Source: Bdellovibrionales bacterium
GTDB lineage: Bacteria; Bdellovibrionota; UBA1018; CAIMNF01
NCBI GenBank assembly: GCA_040380025.1
Contig: JBEIJY010000006.1
Location: 1 to 64,000, forward strand
Direction of reading: 5' to 3'
Length of the DNA: 64,000 bases
Made by a program: the position numbers and the translations under genes. How positions within the stretch are numbered: position 1 is the first letter of the stretch; every line of letters starts with the position of its first letter. The notes beneath the pieces are model-generated. The model saw only the letters and a list, made by a program, of their open reading frames with translations. It ran no database searches and was not told the DNA's origin. Below, in pieces: positions 30,962 through 44,574 of the stretch.

Positions 30962-31805
30962 ATTTGTAAAATCCCCTTCCGGATTTTTTGCCGAGCCATC
31001 CGGCCTGCACATATTGTTTCAAGAGCGGGCAGGGGCGGTATTTCGAATCGCCGAGCCCATCATGGAGGACCTCCATGATCGCAAGGCAAGTGTCGAGGCC
31101 GATGAAGTCCGCAAGAGTGAGCGGCCCCATGGGCTGATTGGTTCCGAGCTTCATCGCGGTGTCGATGTCCTCGATCGAGGCGATCCCTTCGTAAAGAGCA
31201 TATGCAGCCTCGTTGATCATCGGCATCAGGATGCGATTCACGGCAAAACCCGGCATATCCCGCGCGACGACGAAGGTCTTCCCCATCGCTTCGGCGGCCG
31301 AACGAATCGCCGAGAAAGTTTCGTCCGAAGTCTGGATTCCGCGGATGCCCTCGACGAGCTTCATCACCGGAACCGGATTCATGAAATGCATTCCTGCAAA
31401 GCGCTCGGGGCGCTTGGTGGCGGCGGCAAGAAGAGTGATGCTGATGGATGAGGTGTTGGACGCGAAAATCGCATCGGGCTTTGCCGTCGCATCGATTTCG
31501 GTCCAGATTTTCTTTTTCAGTGCCGGATCCTCAGACACGGCCTCGATGATCAGGTCACACGATGCGAGCTCGCGAAGGGTTCCTACCGCCGAAAGATTCC
31601 GCATCACCGCGGCCATCTGATCGGACGAAATCTTCTGCTTCGCCACGAGTTTGTCGAGCTGGGATGCGATCTTTTCGACTCCCTTTCGTGCCGACTCGAG
31701 GCTCACATCGGCCACCACGACCTGAAATCCGCTTTGCGCCGCGGTCTGGGCGATCCCCTGCCCCATTTGTCCTGCTCCCACTACGCCGATCTGTTTGATG
31801 TTCAT
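30954..31805 (-). CDS. hbd: 3-hydroxybutyryl-CoA dehydrogenase
   Basis: [38 protein letters not shown]. Confidence 0.93.
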   Translation of the reverse strand: MNIKQIGVVGAGQMGQGIAQTAAQSGFQVVVADVSLESARKGVEKIASQLDKLVAKQKISSDQMAAVMRNLSAVGTLRELASCDLIIEAVSEDPALKKKIWTEIDATAKPDAIFASNTSSISITLLAAATKRPERFAGMHFMNPVPVMKLVEGIRGIQTSDETFSAIRSAAEAMGKTFVVARDMPGFAVNRILMPMINEAAYALYEGIASIEDIDTAMKLGTNQPMGPLTLADFIGLDTCLAIMEVLHDGLGDSKYRPCPLLKQYVQAGWLGKKSGRGFYKYD

Positions 31806-31850
31806 GTTTCCCTTTCTGTGAATTCGCTTGATGCAAAACTCTCTTGTGTT

Positions 31851-33314
31851 TCACTTCCCGATGCAAAAATCCGAAAAAATCTTTCCGAGCACATCATCCG
31901 GCAACGTCTCGCCGATCAGGGGCCCGAGATCATTCATGGCATGACGGAGATCGGCCGCGAACAAAACCGCATCGTGGGCGTTTTCGGCTCGGGTGAGCGT
32001 CTCGATGGCCTGTTCCACGGCGCGCACATGCTCGAAGCGAGTCAGGATCACCTCGCCGGGTTTGCGCGCGAGCAGCCTCACCGCCGCATCGGCAAGGAGG
32101 GCGCCGGCCTCGTGGATGCCCTGCAGGGTCTGCGAAGAAACGGCCAGCGCGGGGATTTCGAACTCATTTTGGAATTCCCGTTGGAACTCGTGCCTAATCT
32201 CGGCCAGAATCCGCTCCGATTCGGGCAACCCGAGCTGATCTTTCTTGGATACCACAAACAAAAACGCGCGATCCTCCCGCTTCGGAATCCGCGCAAGGTA
32301 AGATTTCACGACCGGCAGTTCGGGGTTCAGCCCGTCCACTACGACCACGACGAGGTCGGACTCCCGCGCCGAGAGCAACGAGCGCTCGATACCGATTTCT
32401 TCGATCCGATCGCTCGATGACCGTAGCCCCGCCGTATCGGCGAGCTTCAGGGTCACCTGTCCCCCCTGCCCTTTCAAGTTGAGCCGCTCGCGCACGACAT
32501 CGCGGGTGGTGCCGGCGATGTTCGAGACGATCGAACGGTCTTCTCCGAGGAGCGCATTGAAGAACGAGGATTTTCCCGCATTCGGAAGCCCGAAAATCGT
32601 GACCGGCACCCCGTCACTGAAGCGCTTTCCGCGATCAAAGCTCCCGCGCAGAGAGTTCAGCACTTCCAAAAGCGGCTTCAACCGCCCTTTCAGGCGCGGA
32701 AGCGACACCTCGTCGACATCCTGATCCGAAAAATCGATTCCCACCTCGGACAAAGTGCACAACTGAAGAAGATCTTCCCGCACCCGGGCGACCAGATGGT
32801 GCTGGGTTCCCGAGAGTTTCTCGAGGGCGAGCTCGAGCGAGAAATCATTCTCGGCCGAAATGAGCTCCTTCACCGCTTCGGCCTGGGAAAGCTGCATCTT
32901 TCCGTTTTTCACGGCACGAAACGAGAACTCTCCCGGAAGCGCGAGTCGAGCCCCCTGATCAAAACAGGCATCGAGAACCTTCTGCGCCACCATGGGACTG
33001 CCATGCAAAAAGAATTCGACCGAATCCTCGCCGGTGAAAGAATTGGGCCCGAAAAACGGAAGCACGACCGCATCGTCTATTTTTTTCCCGCTCGAATCGC
33101 GAATCCAGGCCCTTCGGGCCAGTCGATGATCCGTGGCTCCAAATTCATGTCCGGTAAGACTCGAGGCAATCCTGATCGCATCCCCGCCCGAAACCCGGAG
33201 GACGCAAATCGCGCCACCCACAGGCGAGCAGAGCGCCGCAATGGTCCGGTTGGAGAGATACCCGGCCGAATCGATGTGCCTCGTTTTAGAAGCTGGTTGC
33301 CATGCTTGCGGCAT
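31851..33314 (-). CDS. mnmE: tRNA modification GTPase
   Basis: GLPNAGKSS, GTTRD, DTAG, C-terminal FCIGK; start uncertain. Confidence 0.95.
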   Translation of the reverse strand: MPQAWQPASKTRHIDSAGYLSNRTIAALCSPVGGAICVLRVSGGDAIRIASSLTGHEFGATDHRLARRAWIRDSSGKKIDDAVVLPFFGPNSFTGEDSVEFFLHGSPMVAQKVLDACFDQGARLALPGEFSFRAVKNGKMQLSQAEAVKELISAENDFSLELALEKLSGTQHHLVARVREDLLQLCTLSEVGIDFSDQDVDEVSLPRLKGRLKPLLEVLNSLRGSFDRGKRFSDGVPVTIFGLPNAGKSSFFNALLGEDRSIVSNIAGTTRDVVRERLNLKGQGGQVTLKLADTAGLRSSSDRIEEIGIERSLLSARESDLVVVVVDGLNPELPVVKSYLARIPKREDRAFLFVVSKKDQLGLPESERILAEIRHEFQREFQNEFEIPALAVSSQTLQGIHEAGALLADAAVRLLARKPGEVILTRFEHVRAVEQAIETLTRAENAHDAVLFAADLRHAMNDLGPLIGETLPDDVLGKIFSDFCIGK

Positions 33315-34704
33315 TCCCGGGGACTCCGAGCTTCTTGTTGAGGTACTGTTGTTGGACGACACTCGCGATCGCGTTCACGAGCATATACACACAAAGTCCG
33401 GCCGGTGTGGTCAACATGAAAAGCCCGAAAATCAGGGGCATGAACATCATCATCTTTCGCTGGGCCGGATCCATGCCGGGCGAAGGGGGCGTGAGCTTCT
33501 GCTGGAGGAACATCACGACCGACATCAGAACCGGGGTGATATAAAGAGGATCCTTCGCCGAAAGATCGGTGATCCAGAACGCGAAGGGCGCGCCATACAG
33601 CTCCTGGGCGGTGTAAAGAACCCGGTAGAGGGCGAAGAAGATCGGCATTTGAAGCAACATCGGAAGACACCCGGCCATCGGGTTGTATCCGGATTGCTTC
33701 ATCAACTGCATCATCTCGGCATTCAGCGCCGCCTTGTCGTCCTTGTATTTTTCCTGAAGCGCCTTCATTTTCGGCTGGAATTCAGCCATTTTCTTCATGC
33801 CCTTCATGCTCTTCACGACGAGGGGGAAGGTCAGGAGCTTCACGATCAGGGTCAGGATGATGATCGCGATCCCGAAGTTGCCCACATAGCCGTTGATGAA
33901 CTTGAGCGTCCAGAGAATCGGGTACGCAATGATCGTAAAGAACCCGAGATCGACCGTGGTGTCGAGCGAAGGGTCTACTGCCCGCAGGACATCGAGACGT
34001 TTCGGAAGAAAATTCACCTTGAAGCGCGCGCGAAGAGCATTGTCCGTAACCGGCATTTGCAGCGAGGCCTGCGCCTGCTTCTCGCCGGTGCTCCATACCG
34101 TGAGCTTGTCGACGGCGGTCTCTTCGGGTTGGACGGCCAGAATGAAGTAATTGCTCCCTGCTCCGAACCACTTGAGCGGGGTCAATACTTCGGTGGAATC
34201 GATCGAATTATTGATGTTATGCCGCTCGATCTTGCCTTGGGTGAAGTAAAAAAGTTCCTGATCCGTCGAGACTTTCTCGTCCTTGGTCGCAATGGCGGTG
34301 AGGTTCAGGTGAGCCTTCGGTGGCGCCGCTTTTTTGAATCGCACGTTGATCGACACGATGAGCGACTCGCCCGACTTTTCGTAAGTCCTCGAATAATCGA
34401 CATTCGAGTCCGAGAAGGACCATTCGAATTTTTCGGGAGAAATCTCTTTGAATGATCCCGCCGGTTGCTGGTTCAGATACGCGAACTCCGCTCCCGGAAA
34501 GGTGAGCAAAAGTGCCTGATCAGCCCCCGTGACGTCCTTCAGGCTGATCTCTTTCAGGTCCTTCAAGAGCCATTTCTTCAGCCAGAAGGAATTCCCGGCC
34601 ACCTCAAGTTCGGAATACTGGAAGGGAATGCGTGCGGGCTCCGCCTTGGCAGCAGACACACTCAAAAAAGCTGCGAACAAAACAACAAACCATTTTTGCT
34701 TCAT
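33286..34704 (-). CDS. yidC: Membrane protein insertase YidC
   Basis: [32 protein letters not shown]. Confidence 0.96.
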   Translation of the reverse strand: MKQKWFVVLFAAFLSVSAAKAEPARIPFQYSELEVAGNSFWLKKWLLKDLKEISLKDVTGADQALLLTFPGAEFAYLNQQPAGSFKEISPEKFEWSFSDSNVDYSRTYEKSGESLIVSINVRFKKAAPPKAHLNLTAIATKDEKVSTDQELFYFTQGKIERHNINNSIDSTEVLTPLKWFGAGSNYFILAVQPEETAVDKLTVWSTGEKQAQASLQMPVTDNALRARFKVNFLPKRLDVLRAVDPSLDTTVDLGFFTIIAYPILWTLKFINGYVGNFGIAIIILTLIVKLLTFPLVVKSMKGMKKMAEFQPKMKALQEKYKDDKAALNAEMMQLMKQSGYNPMAGCLPMLLQMPIFFALYRVLYTAQELYGAPFAFWITDLSAKDPLYITPVLMSVVMFLQQKLTPPSPGMDPAQRKMMMFMPLIFGLFMLTTPAGLCVYMLVNAIASVVQQQYLNKKLGVPGNAASMATSF

Positions 34705-34931
34705 ACGGGATCAAAACCTCCTCGACCGGAAAACGGGTGGCACCGGCAGATCCGGGCAATTGCCTTCGCACCGCCCCTCACGACCCCGTGAGTACGGATT
34801 GCCTCTTCTGCATAAACGGAACAAGTGGGCACGAACTTACATCCGGAATAGGGATTTCCGCCAAGGATTTTCACAAAGGCGTGAAAAAAGGGAGAAATCC
34901 AACTCCGGTACACCTTAAAAAGCGGCTTCAT
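34701..34931 (-). CDS. yidD: Membrane protein insertion efficiency factor
   Basis: [19 protein letters not shown]...GGFDPV. Confidence 0.9.
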   Translation of the reverse strand: MKPLFKVYRSWISPFFHAFVKILGGNPYSGCKFVPTCSVYAEEAIRTHGVVRGGAKAIARICRCHPFSGRGGFDPV

Positions 34932-35253
34932 GGGACCAAATGGTTTCGAGCTTTCTGCGAACTGCTCCGGGCGTGCGGTGATCGACCCGGACTCCGCCGG
35001 GGACGACCACATTGTAGTCATACGACTCCATGCCCGGCCGACCGGCACGAAACACCTCGCGAATCTGGCGCTTCAGTTTGTTCCGGTACACGCTGTTCAC
35101 ACGGGCCTTGATCGTAATCCCCAGACGAGGCTCTCCACGAGAGTTCGGGATCCGAAACACGACAACGACCCCGAGCTTGCGGACTTCGCTTCCTTCGAAG
35201 AACTTCAAATACTCCGCGCGGGTCAAAACCCGTGCGGATTTGGGGAAATCCAT
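34915..35253 (-). CDS. rnpA: Ribonuclease P protein component
   Basis: [19 protein letters not shown]. Confidence 0.92.
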   Translation of the reverse strand: MDFPKSARVLTRAEYLKFFEGSEVRKLGVVVVFRIPNSRGEPRLGITIKARVNSVYRNKLKRQIREVFRAGRPGMESYDYNVVVPGGVRVDHRTPGAVRRKLETIWSHEAAF

Positions 35254-35272
35254 GAAAAAAAGGGGCGCGCGA

Positions 35273-35422
35273 TTACTTCGCGGCTACGGTAGGAACGAGG
35301 TTCTTGCGGCCGCGGGAACGACGGCGCTTCAGGACCTTTTGTCCGTTTGCGGTGGCCATGCGAGCGCGGAAGCCGTGGGTCTTCGTTCTCTTTTTGCGGG
35401 AGGGTTGAAAAGTGCGTTTCAT
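35273..35422 (-). CDS. rpmH: 50S ribosomal protein L34 (absent from the ORF track)
   Basis: Manual translation [49 protein letters not shown]. Confidence 0.97.
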   Translation of the reverse strand: MKRTFQPSRKKRTKTHGFRARMATANGQKVLKRRRSRGRKNLVPTVAAK

Positions 35423-35529
35423 ACTTCAGTCCTTTGGTCTTAAATTTTTTGGAAACCTTGTTTTAACGGATCAGTTGGGTATTTGTCAACCAAACGATCC
35501 ACCAAAACCTTTGTCAGCCCCCGGAGGTC

Positions 35530-37008
35530 ATGCTAGCTTCCTTCTACTCATTCGCAACTAGGACCGAATCATTGATGAATCCGACACAAAACCTTTGGGC
35601 ATCGACGTACCAGCACATCCTGAACCATCACCCGGAACCAAACGAGGTGCGGTTTTGGCTCGATTCATTGGCCTGGAGCCGTGCGGACCGTCTCGGTCCG
35701 GGGCGGATCCAGGTGTTTTTGTCCGCTCCCAATCAGTTTTATAAAAACTTCATTCAAACCACCTTCAAAGGCGAGATCGAAACCGCGATCTGCACGCTCA
35801 TCGGCGAGGCTTGCGAGGTGGTCATCGAGGTTCAACGGGAGGCCGACCGCACCCCCGAAAATACGCCGGTAATTCAAGAGCTTGCGATCGATCCCCTCGC
35901 ACCCCCGACCGAGATCGAATCACGTCCTCCCCCTCCCTCCCGTCCGGTTTCGTCTTTCACCTCTTCTTCTGCTTCGCCTCCGAGAATGGTGCTCGATGAC
36001 CATCTCGATCGGAGCCTCACGTTTGACAACTACATCGTCGGTCCCTCGAACCAATTCGCCTATGCTTCGGCGTATTCCACGGCCGAGAACCCCGCAGTTC
36101 AATTCAATCCCTTGTTCATCTACGGGCCGCCCGCCGTCGGTAAAACCCATCTCCTTCACGCCATCGGAAACCAGATCAAACGGCGGAATCCGGGGATCCG
36201 CGCCTATTTCGTGTCGGCCGAAAAATTCGTGAACGAGTTCATCGAGAGCATCCAGCACAAAAAACCGGGTGATTTTCGTTCAAAATACCGCGAAAACGTC
36301 GACCTCCTCCTGATCGACGACGTGCAGTTCATCGTCGGAAAAGACCGCTCCGAAGAAGAATTCATTCACACCTTCAACACGCTCCACAGCATGAAGAAAA
36401 TGATCGTGCTGACCTCGGACAAAGCCCCGAAGGACATCGACGGGTTGGAGGAGAGGATCCGGACACGGTTCGAGATGGGGCTCGTCGCCGATATCCGCCC
36501 GCCCGAAATCGAGACGCGGATTGCGATTTTGAAGGCGAAAGCCGAGTCCGATGACATCTATCTTCCCGATGAGGTGGCGACCTTTCTTGGCACCTATGTG
36601 AAGGATACGGTGAGGAATTTGCACGGGGCCCTCGTTCGGCTTCAGCAATACGCCTCGCTTACCGGTTCCGAGATCACCCTCGATTTGGCCAAACAAGTCC
36701 TCCAGAACACCATTCCCGAGGAAGGCCAGGAATATACGGTCGAGATGATCCTGAATGCGGTTGCAAAGCACTTCAATATCCGCATGAAGGACCTGAAAGG
36801 CACCTCCCGGGCCAAGAACTTCGCCCTTCCACGGCAAATCGCGATGTCCCTCATTCGAAGGTACACCAAACTCGGGTTCCGCGAGATCGGCGACATTTTC
36901 GGAAAAGACCATTCCACGGCGGTCCACGCCTCTCGCAAAATCGAATCCGAAATCGAAACCGATCTCGAACTGAAGCGGAACGTGGAAGCGATTCGGGAAC
37001 AGCTCTGA
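35530..37008 (+). CDS. dnaA: Chromosomal replication initiator DnaA
   Basis: FNPLFIYG...GKTHLL, LIDDVQF, KDHSTAVHA; alternative start 35575. Confidence 0.97.
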   Translation: MLASFYSFATRTESLMNPTQNLWASTYQHILNHHPEPNEVRFWLDSLAWSRADRLGPGRIQVFLSAPNQFYKNFIQTTFKGEIETAICTLIGEACEVVIEVQREADRTPENTPVIQELAIDPLAPPTEIESRPPPPSRPVSSFTSSSASPPRMVLDDHLDRSLTFDNYIVGPSNQFAYASAYSTAENPAVQFNPLFIYGPPAVGKTHLLHAIGNQIKRRNPGIRAYFVSAEKFVNEFIESIQHKKPGDFRSKYRENVDLLLIDDVQFIVGKDRSEEEFIHTFNTLHSMKKMIVLTSDKAPKDIDGLEERIRTRFEMGLVADIRPPEIETRIAILKAKAESDDIYLPDEVATFLGTYVKDTVRNLHGALVRLQQYASLTGSEITLDLAKQVLQNTIPEEGQEYTVEMILNAVAKHFNIRMKDLKGTSRAKNFALPRQIAMSLIRRYTKLGFREIGDIFGKDHSTAVHASRKIESEIETDLELKRNVEAIREQL

Positions 37009-37015
37009 GCGAACC

Positions 37016-38383
37016 ATGATTGATTCCTCTTTTTATAAAAAAGCCATCCTGATTTCTTTTTTCGCGAAGTGGTTTTTCTACACGATCCACAGTCTGCTTC
37101 CGCTTCATCAAAACCACTTCTGGAGGCAATACGACACGCTCGGGGTGAGTATCCGGTACTTTCAGCGCTTTTTTCTATCGGGCGATCCGGAGCCTTTTTT
37201 TCTGAGATTCCTTCCGGCGGTCTTGCAAAGCGGGGAGTCCACAGGCATCAATCCGATGGAATTCCCGCTTTTGAATCTTGTCTCCGTGTTTTTTTGGGGA
37301 ATGGATTCGAAATGGTCCCGGATTTTGGCAAGTCTGCTGATTGTGACCGCCAATTATGGGCTTTGTTACTTTTTGTACCGGAAACGCGAAAAAAACGAAG
37401 GGATCGCTTATCTTCTGGTCCCCTTCGTCTCCTTTTCGGCTGAATATCTTTATAAATTCCTGCCTGATGTGACCGGCGCCCTGCTCGTCGCCTGTTCCGT
37501 GGTCTTTGCCCTCGAAAAACGACTGTTTTTGGCCTTTCTTTTTTGTTGCACCGGAGCGCTCATGAAGCCGCCTTCGCTTGCGGCCCTGTTTCTGCTTTTG
37601 TACTACCGGGACTCGCTGAAAGAGCTGATCCGGAAAGACTTTTTTTGGAGCGCTGCTGCGGGCGGGGTAGCGTTGTTTTATTATGTTTTCGGCTTGCAGT
37701 GGATGCGGAGTCTTGCTGACGGCGCCACCTTTTTTGTCGGTCCGAGGGATCCGCTCGAATCCTTGCGATCCACATTCTCCGATCCTCTCGGATTTCTATC
37801 TTTCCTGAATTTTCAGGGTGTCTATTGGGGCGGAACATCCCTCGCTTTGGTTCTTCTTTTTTTGATCGGAGTCCGTGGCCGCACTCCGAGACTCCTTGCC
37901 GTTTTTTTCTTGTCTGTCCTGTTCGTGGTAATTCTGGACGGACCGCACTCCTTGGTTCATAGCTACTACTATGCCGGGGCTTCGTTTTCAGTTTGCCTCC
38001 TTGTTCACGAATTGATTTGCTCCTTCAAGCCTGAAGTCCGGATCCAGAACTTGTTCATGGGGGCATTCATGGGCGCGACTCTGGTGATTCACCCGATCGA
38101 GCTTCTCATCCATGACTTCGGAGCGATCGGACAAACGCTCTCTGGCACCACCGAGGAAGACTTTTGTGATGAGCTGAAGCAATCCACCCCCGAATGGCCC
38201 TGGAACCAAAACCATGCCTTTCGGTCAGAGGACCTGCCCTTCCCTCAGCTCGGGGTATGCTTTCGAGAACGGGTCGGGGCAAGAACCTCCAAATTCGGAC
38301 TCTTTTACTCCAACTCACCCCTTCCGGCCGGGTGTTCTATCGAAAAACAGGTCGGAACCATCGTCTTAGCTAAGTGCATCTAA
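37016..38383 (+). CDS. Polytopic membrane protein, ArnT/PMT-like (GT-C) glycosyltransferase
   Basis: HFWRQYDT and MEFPLLN motifs, many TM segments, LPD, KP, HSYY. Confidence 0.65.
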   Translation: MIDSSFYKKAILISFFAKWFFYTIHSLLPLHQNHFWRQYDTLGVSIRYFQRFFLSGDPEPFFLRFLPAVLQSGESTGINPMEFPLLNLVSVFFWGMDSKWSRILASLLIVTANYGLCYFLYRKREKNEGIAYLLVPFVSFSAEYLYKFLPDVTGALLVACSVVFALEKRLFLAFLFCCTGALMKPPSLAALFLLLYYRDSLKELIRKDFFWSAAAGGVALFYYVFGLQWMRSLADGATFFVGPRDPLESLRSTFSDPLGFLSFLNFQGVYWGGTSLALVLLFLIGVRGRTPRLLAVFFLSVLFVVILDGPHSLVHSYYYAGASFSVCLLVHELICSFKPEVRIQNLFMGAFMGATLVIHPIELLIHDFGAIGQTLSGTTEEDFCDELKQSTPEWPWNQNHAFRSEDLPFPQLGVCFRERVGARTSKFGLFYSNSPLPAGCSIEKQVGTIVLAKCI

Positions 38384-38800
38384 GGTTATCCCCCAAATCA
38401 TTCACCAATCGTTGGTGGATTGTTTTTCTCTTTGATTTCAAATGACTAGCCAATCCATCCACCAGACCGGCGGATTGCTAAAAATTATCCACCAACAATC
38501 CACCAGCGATTCACCGCCCTGGTGGATAAATCCGGTGGATAACTTTGTCTGATTTTTTGATTTGAGTAGTCATAAAAAACTTATCCACGCGATTTGGTGA
38601 ATTGACCGGTGGATAAGTCCGAAAATCGGACTCTTTCTCCTCTTTCAGGAGTTATCCCCAAATTCACCATTTTTATCCACCTAGGGTTTTCAACCGGTTT
38701 TGAAACTAAAAACCGAACCGTTCTCTGGGCTTAGAAGGTTATCCCCCACATTCACACCACTAAGACTACTATGATCTTTATATATATCTATTTCTATGTA
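38384..38800. other. oriC: Replication origin oriC
   Basis: ~18 DnaA-box-like 9-mers in both orientations, CTA trio run at ~38760-38774, AT-rich tract, directly upstream of dnaN; gene polarity flips near here. Confidence 0.9.
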
Positions 38801-38828
38801 AGGGTATTTGCCATTCAAGGTGGTGAAC

Positions 38829-39932
38829 ATGAAGTTTGGCATTCAAAGGGATCAACTTTTATCTGCATTGCAAAAAATCTCCTCGGTGGTCGAAAAAAAA
38901 CACACCATGGAGATCTTGGGGAACATCCTCTTTGAAACCAAGAATGACAAACTCACCTTGAGCGGCACCGACCTTGAAGTAGGCATTCAGGTAAATCTCG
39001 ATGCCAAGATCGATGTTCCCGGAAAGCTCACCCTCTCCACCAAAAATATCCTCGATATCACCAAGGAACTTCCGAACCAGGTGATGCACTTCAATCTGAA
39101 GCCGAATCACTGGGTCGAGATCACCTGTTCCAAAGCCCGCTTCAATCTCGTCAGCATCAGTGCCGAGGGGTATCCCGGCCTCCCCTTGTTTGACGAAAAA
39201 ACTTATTCCACAACTCATTCGGAACGCCTGAGCGAGATGATCTCGAAGACGGAGTTTGCCGTATCAACCGATGCGACCCGGTATCACCTGAATGGTGTTT
39301 ACTTCGAGGTTCTTCCGAACGGCCTTTCGAGAATGACCGCAACGGATGGTCACCGGCTTTCGTACATCGATCACGAGATTTTCAGCAAACCGGTCGAATT
39401 GAAGCGCGGAGTGGTCATCCCGAGCAAGGGACTGACCGAGCTTCATAAGATGCTCCAGGGCACGAAGACGATCGGCCTTGCTTTCGAAAAGGGTTATTTG
39501 TACGCCAAAACCGAAAACTCCTACCTGTTCATCCGTCTCATCGAGGCGGATTATCCCGACTATCGCCAGGTCATCCCCCAGAGTCTCGACAAAGCGGCTC
39601 TTCTGAGACGCGAAGACCTTCTGGGAGCATTGAAGCGCGTATCCCTGATGGCCCACGAAAAAAGCAAGGGCGTGAAGCTGAATATTCAAGACAGCATGCT
39701 CACGGTTGCTTCCTCGAATCCCGAAATGGGAGAAGCCCGCGATGAGATCAATGCGAGCTACCAAGGGGAGTCCTTCGAGATCGGCTTCAATGCCAAGTAC
39801 ATCCTCGATTGCCTCGAGGTCATGCGCGAGGACGACATCGAGTTCCAGTTCAAGGACAAAACCAAGCCCGGCATCATTCAATCGGTGGCGAACAAGAACC
39901 ACTGCTATGTGATCATGCCGATGCGAATCTAG
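38829..39932 (+). CDS. dnaN: DNA polymerase III beta clamp
   Basis: GTDLE, ATDGHRL, YPDY, IGFNAKY, VIMPMRI. Confidence 0.97.
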   Translation: MKFGIQRDQLLSALQKISSVVEKKHTMEILGNILFETKNDKLTLSGTDLEVGIQVNLDAKIDVPGKLTLSTKNILDITKELPNQVMHFNLKPNHWVEITCSKARFNLVSISAEGYPGLPLFDEKTYSTTHSERLSEMISKTEFAVSTDATRYHLNGVYFEVLPNGLSRMTATDGHRLSYIDHEIFSKPVELKRGVVIPSKGLTELHKMLQGTKTIGLAFEKGYLYAKTENSYLFIRLIEADYPDYRQVIPQSLDKAALLRREDLLGALKRVSLMAHEKSKGVKLNIQDSMLTVASSNPEMGEARDEINASYQGESFEIGFNAKYILDCLEVMREDDIEFQFKDKTKPGIIQSVANKNHCYVIMPMRI

Positions 39933-39940
39933 CCTTCGGC

Positions 39941-43524
<3,584 letters not shown>

Positions 43525-43536
43525 GAGGAGCCTTTC

Positions 43537-44547
43537 ATGTTGAGAACCAGAATCGTTTCTACCGGAATGCATGTCCCGCCCCGGATCGTCACCAATGATG
43601 ACCTGGCGAAGATCATGGATACCTCGGATGAGTGGATCCGCCAGCGCACGGGGATCCGTCAGAGACACTGGGTCGAAGAAGGCGTCTCGACTTCGGACCT
43701 GGCCAAAGAAGCGGCCGAAAAAGCCCTGAAGAATGCGAGCCTCGATCGGTCCGCGATCGACATGATCATTCTGGCAACCCTCTCGCCCGATCATGAGTTT
43801 CCCGGCACCGCCTGTTTTTTGCAAAAAAAGCTCGGCATCCCGGGCATCCCGGCGCTCGATGTGCGCCAACAGTGCACAGGCTTCATTTACGCGATGTCGA
43901 TTGCCGATCAGTTCATCCGGAACGGCGTATACAAGACCATTCTCGTGGTGGGAGCCGAAGTTCACTCCAAAGGTCTTCAAAAAACAAACGACGGCCGCGA
44001 TGTCACCGTTTTGTTCGGAGATGGCGCAGGAGCGGTGGTGCTCGGTGCGACCGAGGTGAAGGATCCGAAAACGGATTCTCACATTCTCTCGACCCATCTT
44101 CATGCCGATGGTTCGTTCGCCGAGGAGCTCTGGACGCCCGCCCCTGGCACGGCGAATTCCGCCGAACGTCTGGGTGCGCTCGAGATCGCCGAGAACCTGC
44201 ATTTCCCGAAGATGAACGGAAAAACCGTGTTCATGCATGCCGTGAAGCGGATGCCCGAGGCTCTGCAAGAGGCCCTCGAGCAAAACAAGATTCGACCCGA
44301 AGAAATCGACCTTTTCGTGTTCCATCAGGCAAACCTCCGCATCAATGACATGATCGCGAAGCAGTTCGGGATTCCGGAGCACAAGGTGTTCAACACGATC
44401 GAGCAATTCGCGAACACGACTGCCGCGACGATTCCGATCGGACTCAACGAGGCTGTGCGTGCCGGGAAGCTCAAAAAAGGAATGCTCGTGGCTTCGGCCG
44501 CATTCGGAAGCGGATTCACTTGGGGATCCGCTCTATACCGGTTTTAA
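43537..44547 (+). CDS. fabH: 3-oxoacyl-ACP synthase III family protein
   Basis: WIRQRTGI, QCTGF (Cys), FGDGAGA, HQAN (His), ANT (Asn), FGSGFTWG. Confidence 0.92.
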   Translation: MLRTRIVSTGMHVPPRIVTNDDLAKIMDTSDEWIRQRTGIRQRHWVEEGVSTSDLAKEAAEKALKNASLDRSAIDMIILATLSPDHEFPGTACFLQKKLGIPGIPALDVRQQCTGFIYAMSIADQFIRNGVYKTILVVGAEVHSKGLQKTNDGRDVTVLFGDGAGAVVLGATEVKDPKTDSHILSTHLHADGSFAEELWTPAPGTANSAERLGALEIAENLHFPKMNGKTVFMHAVKRMPEALQEALEQNKIRPEEIDLFVFHQANLRINDMIAKQFGIPEHKVFNTIEQFANTTAATIPIGLNEAVRAGKLKKGMLVASAAFGSGFTWGSALYRF

Positions 44548-44574
44548 GCGGATTCAGGAAGATCAGGGATCAAC

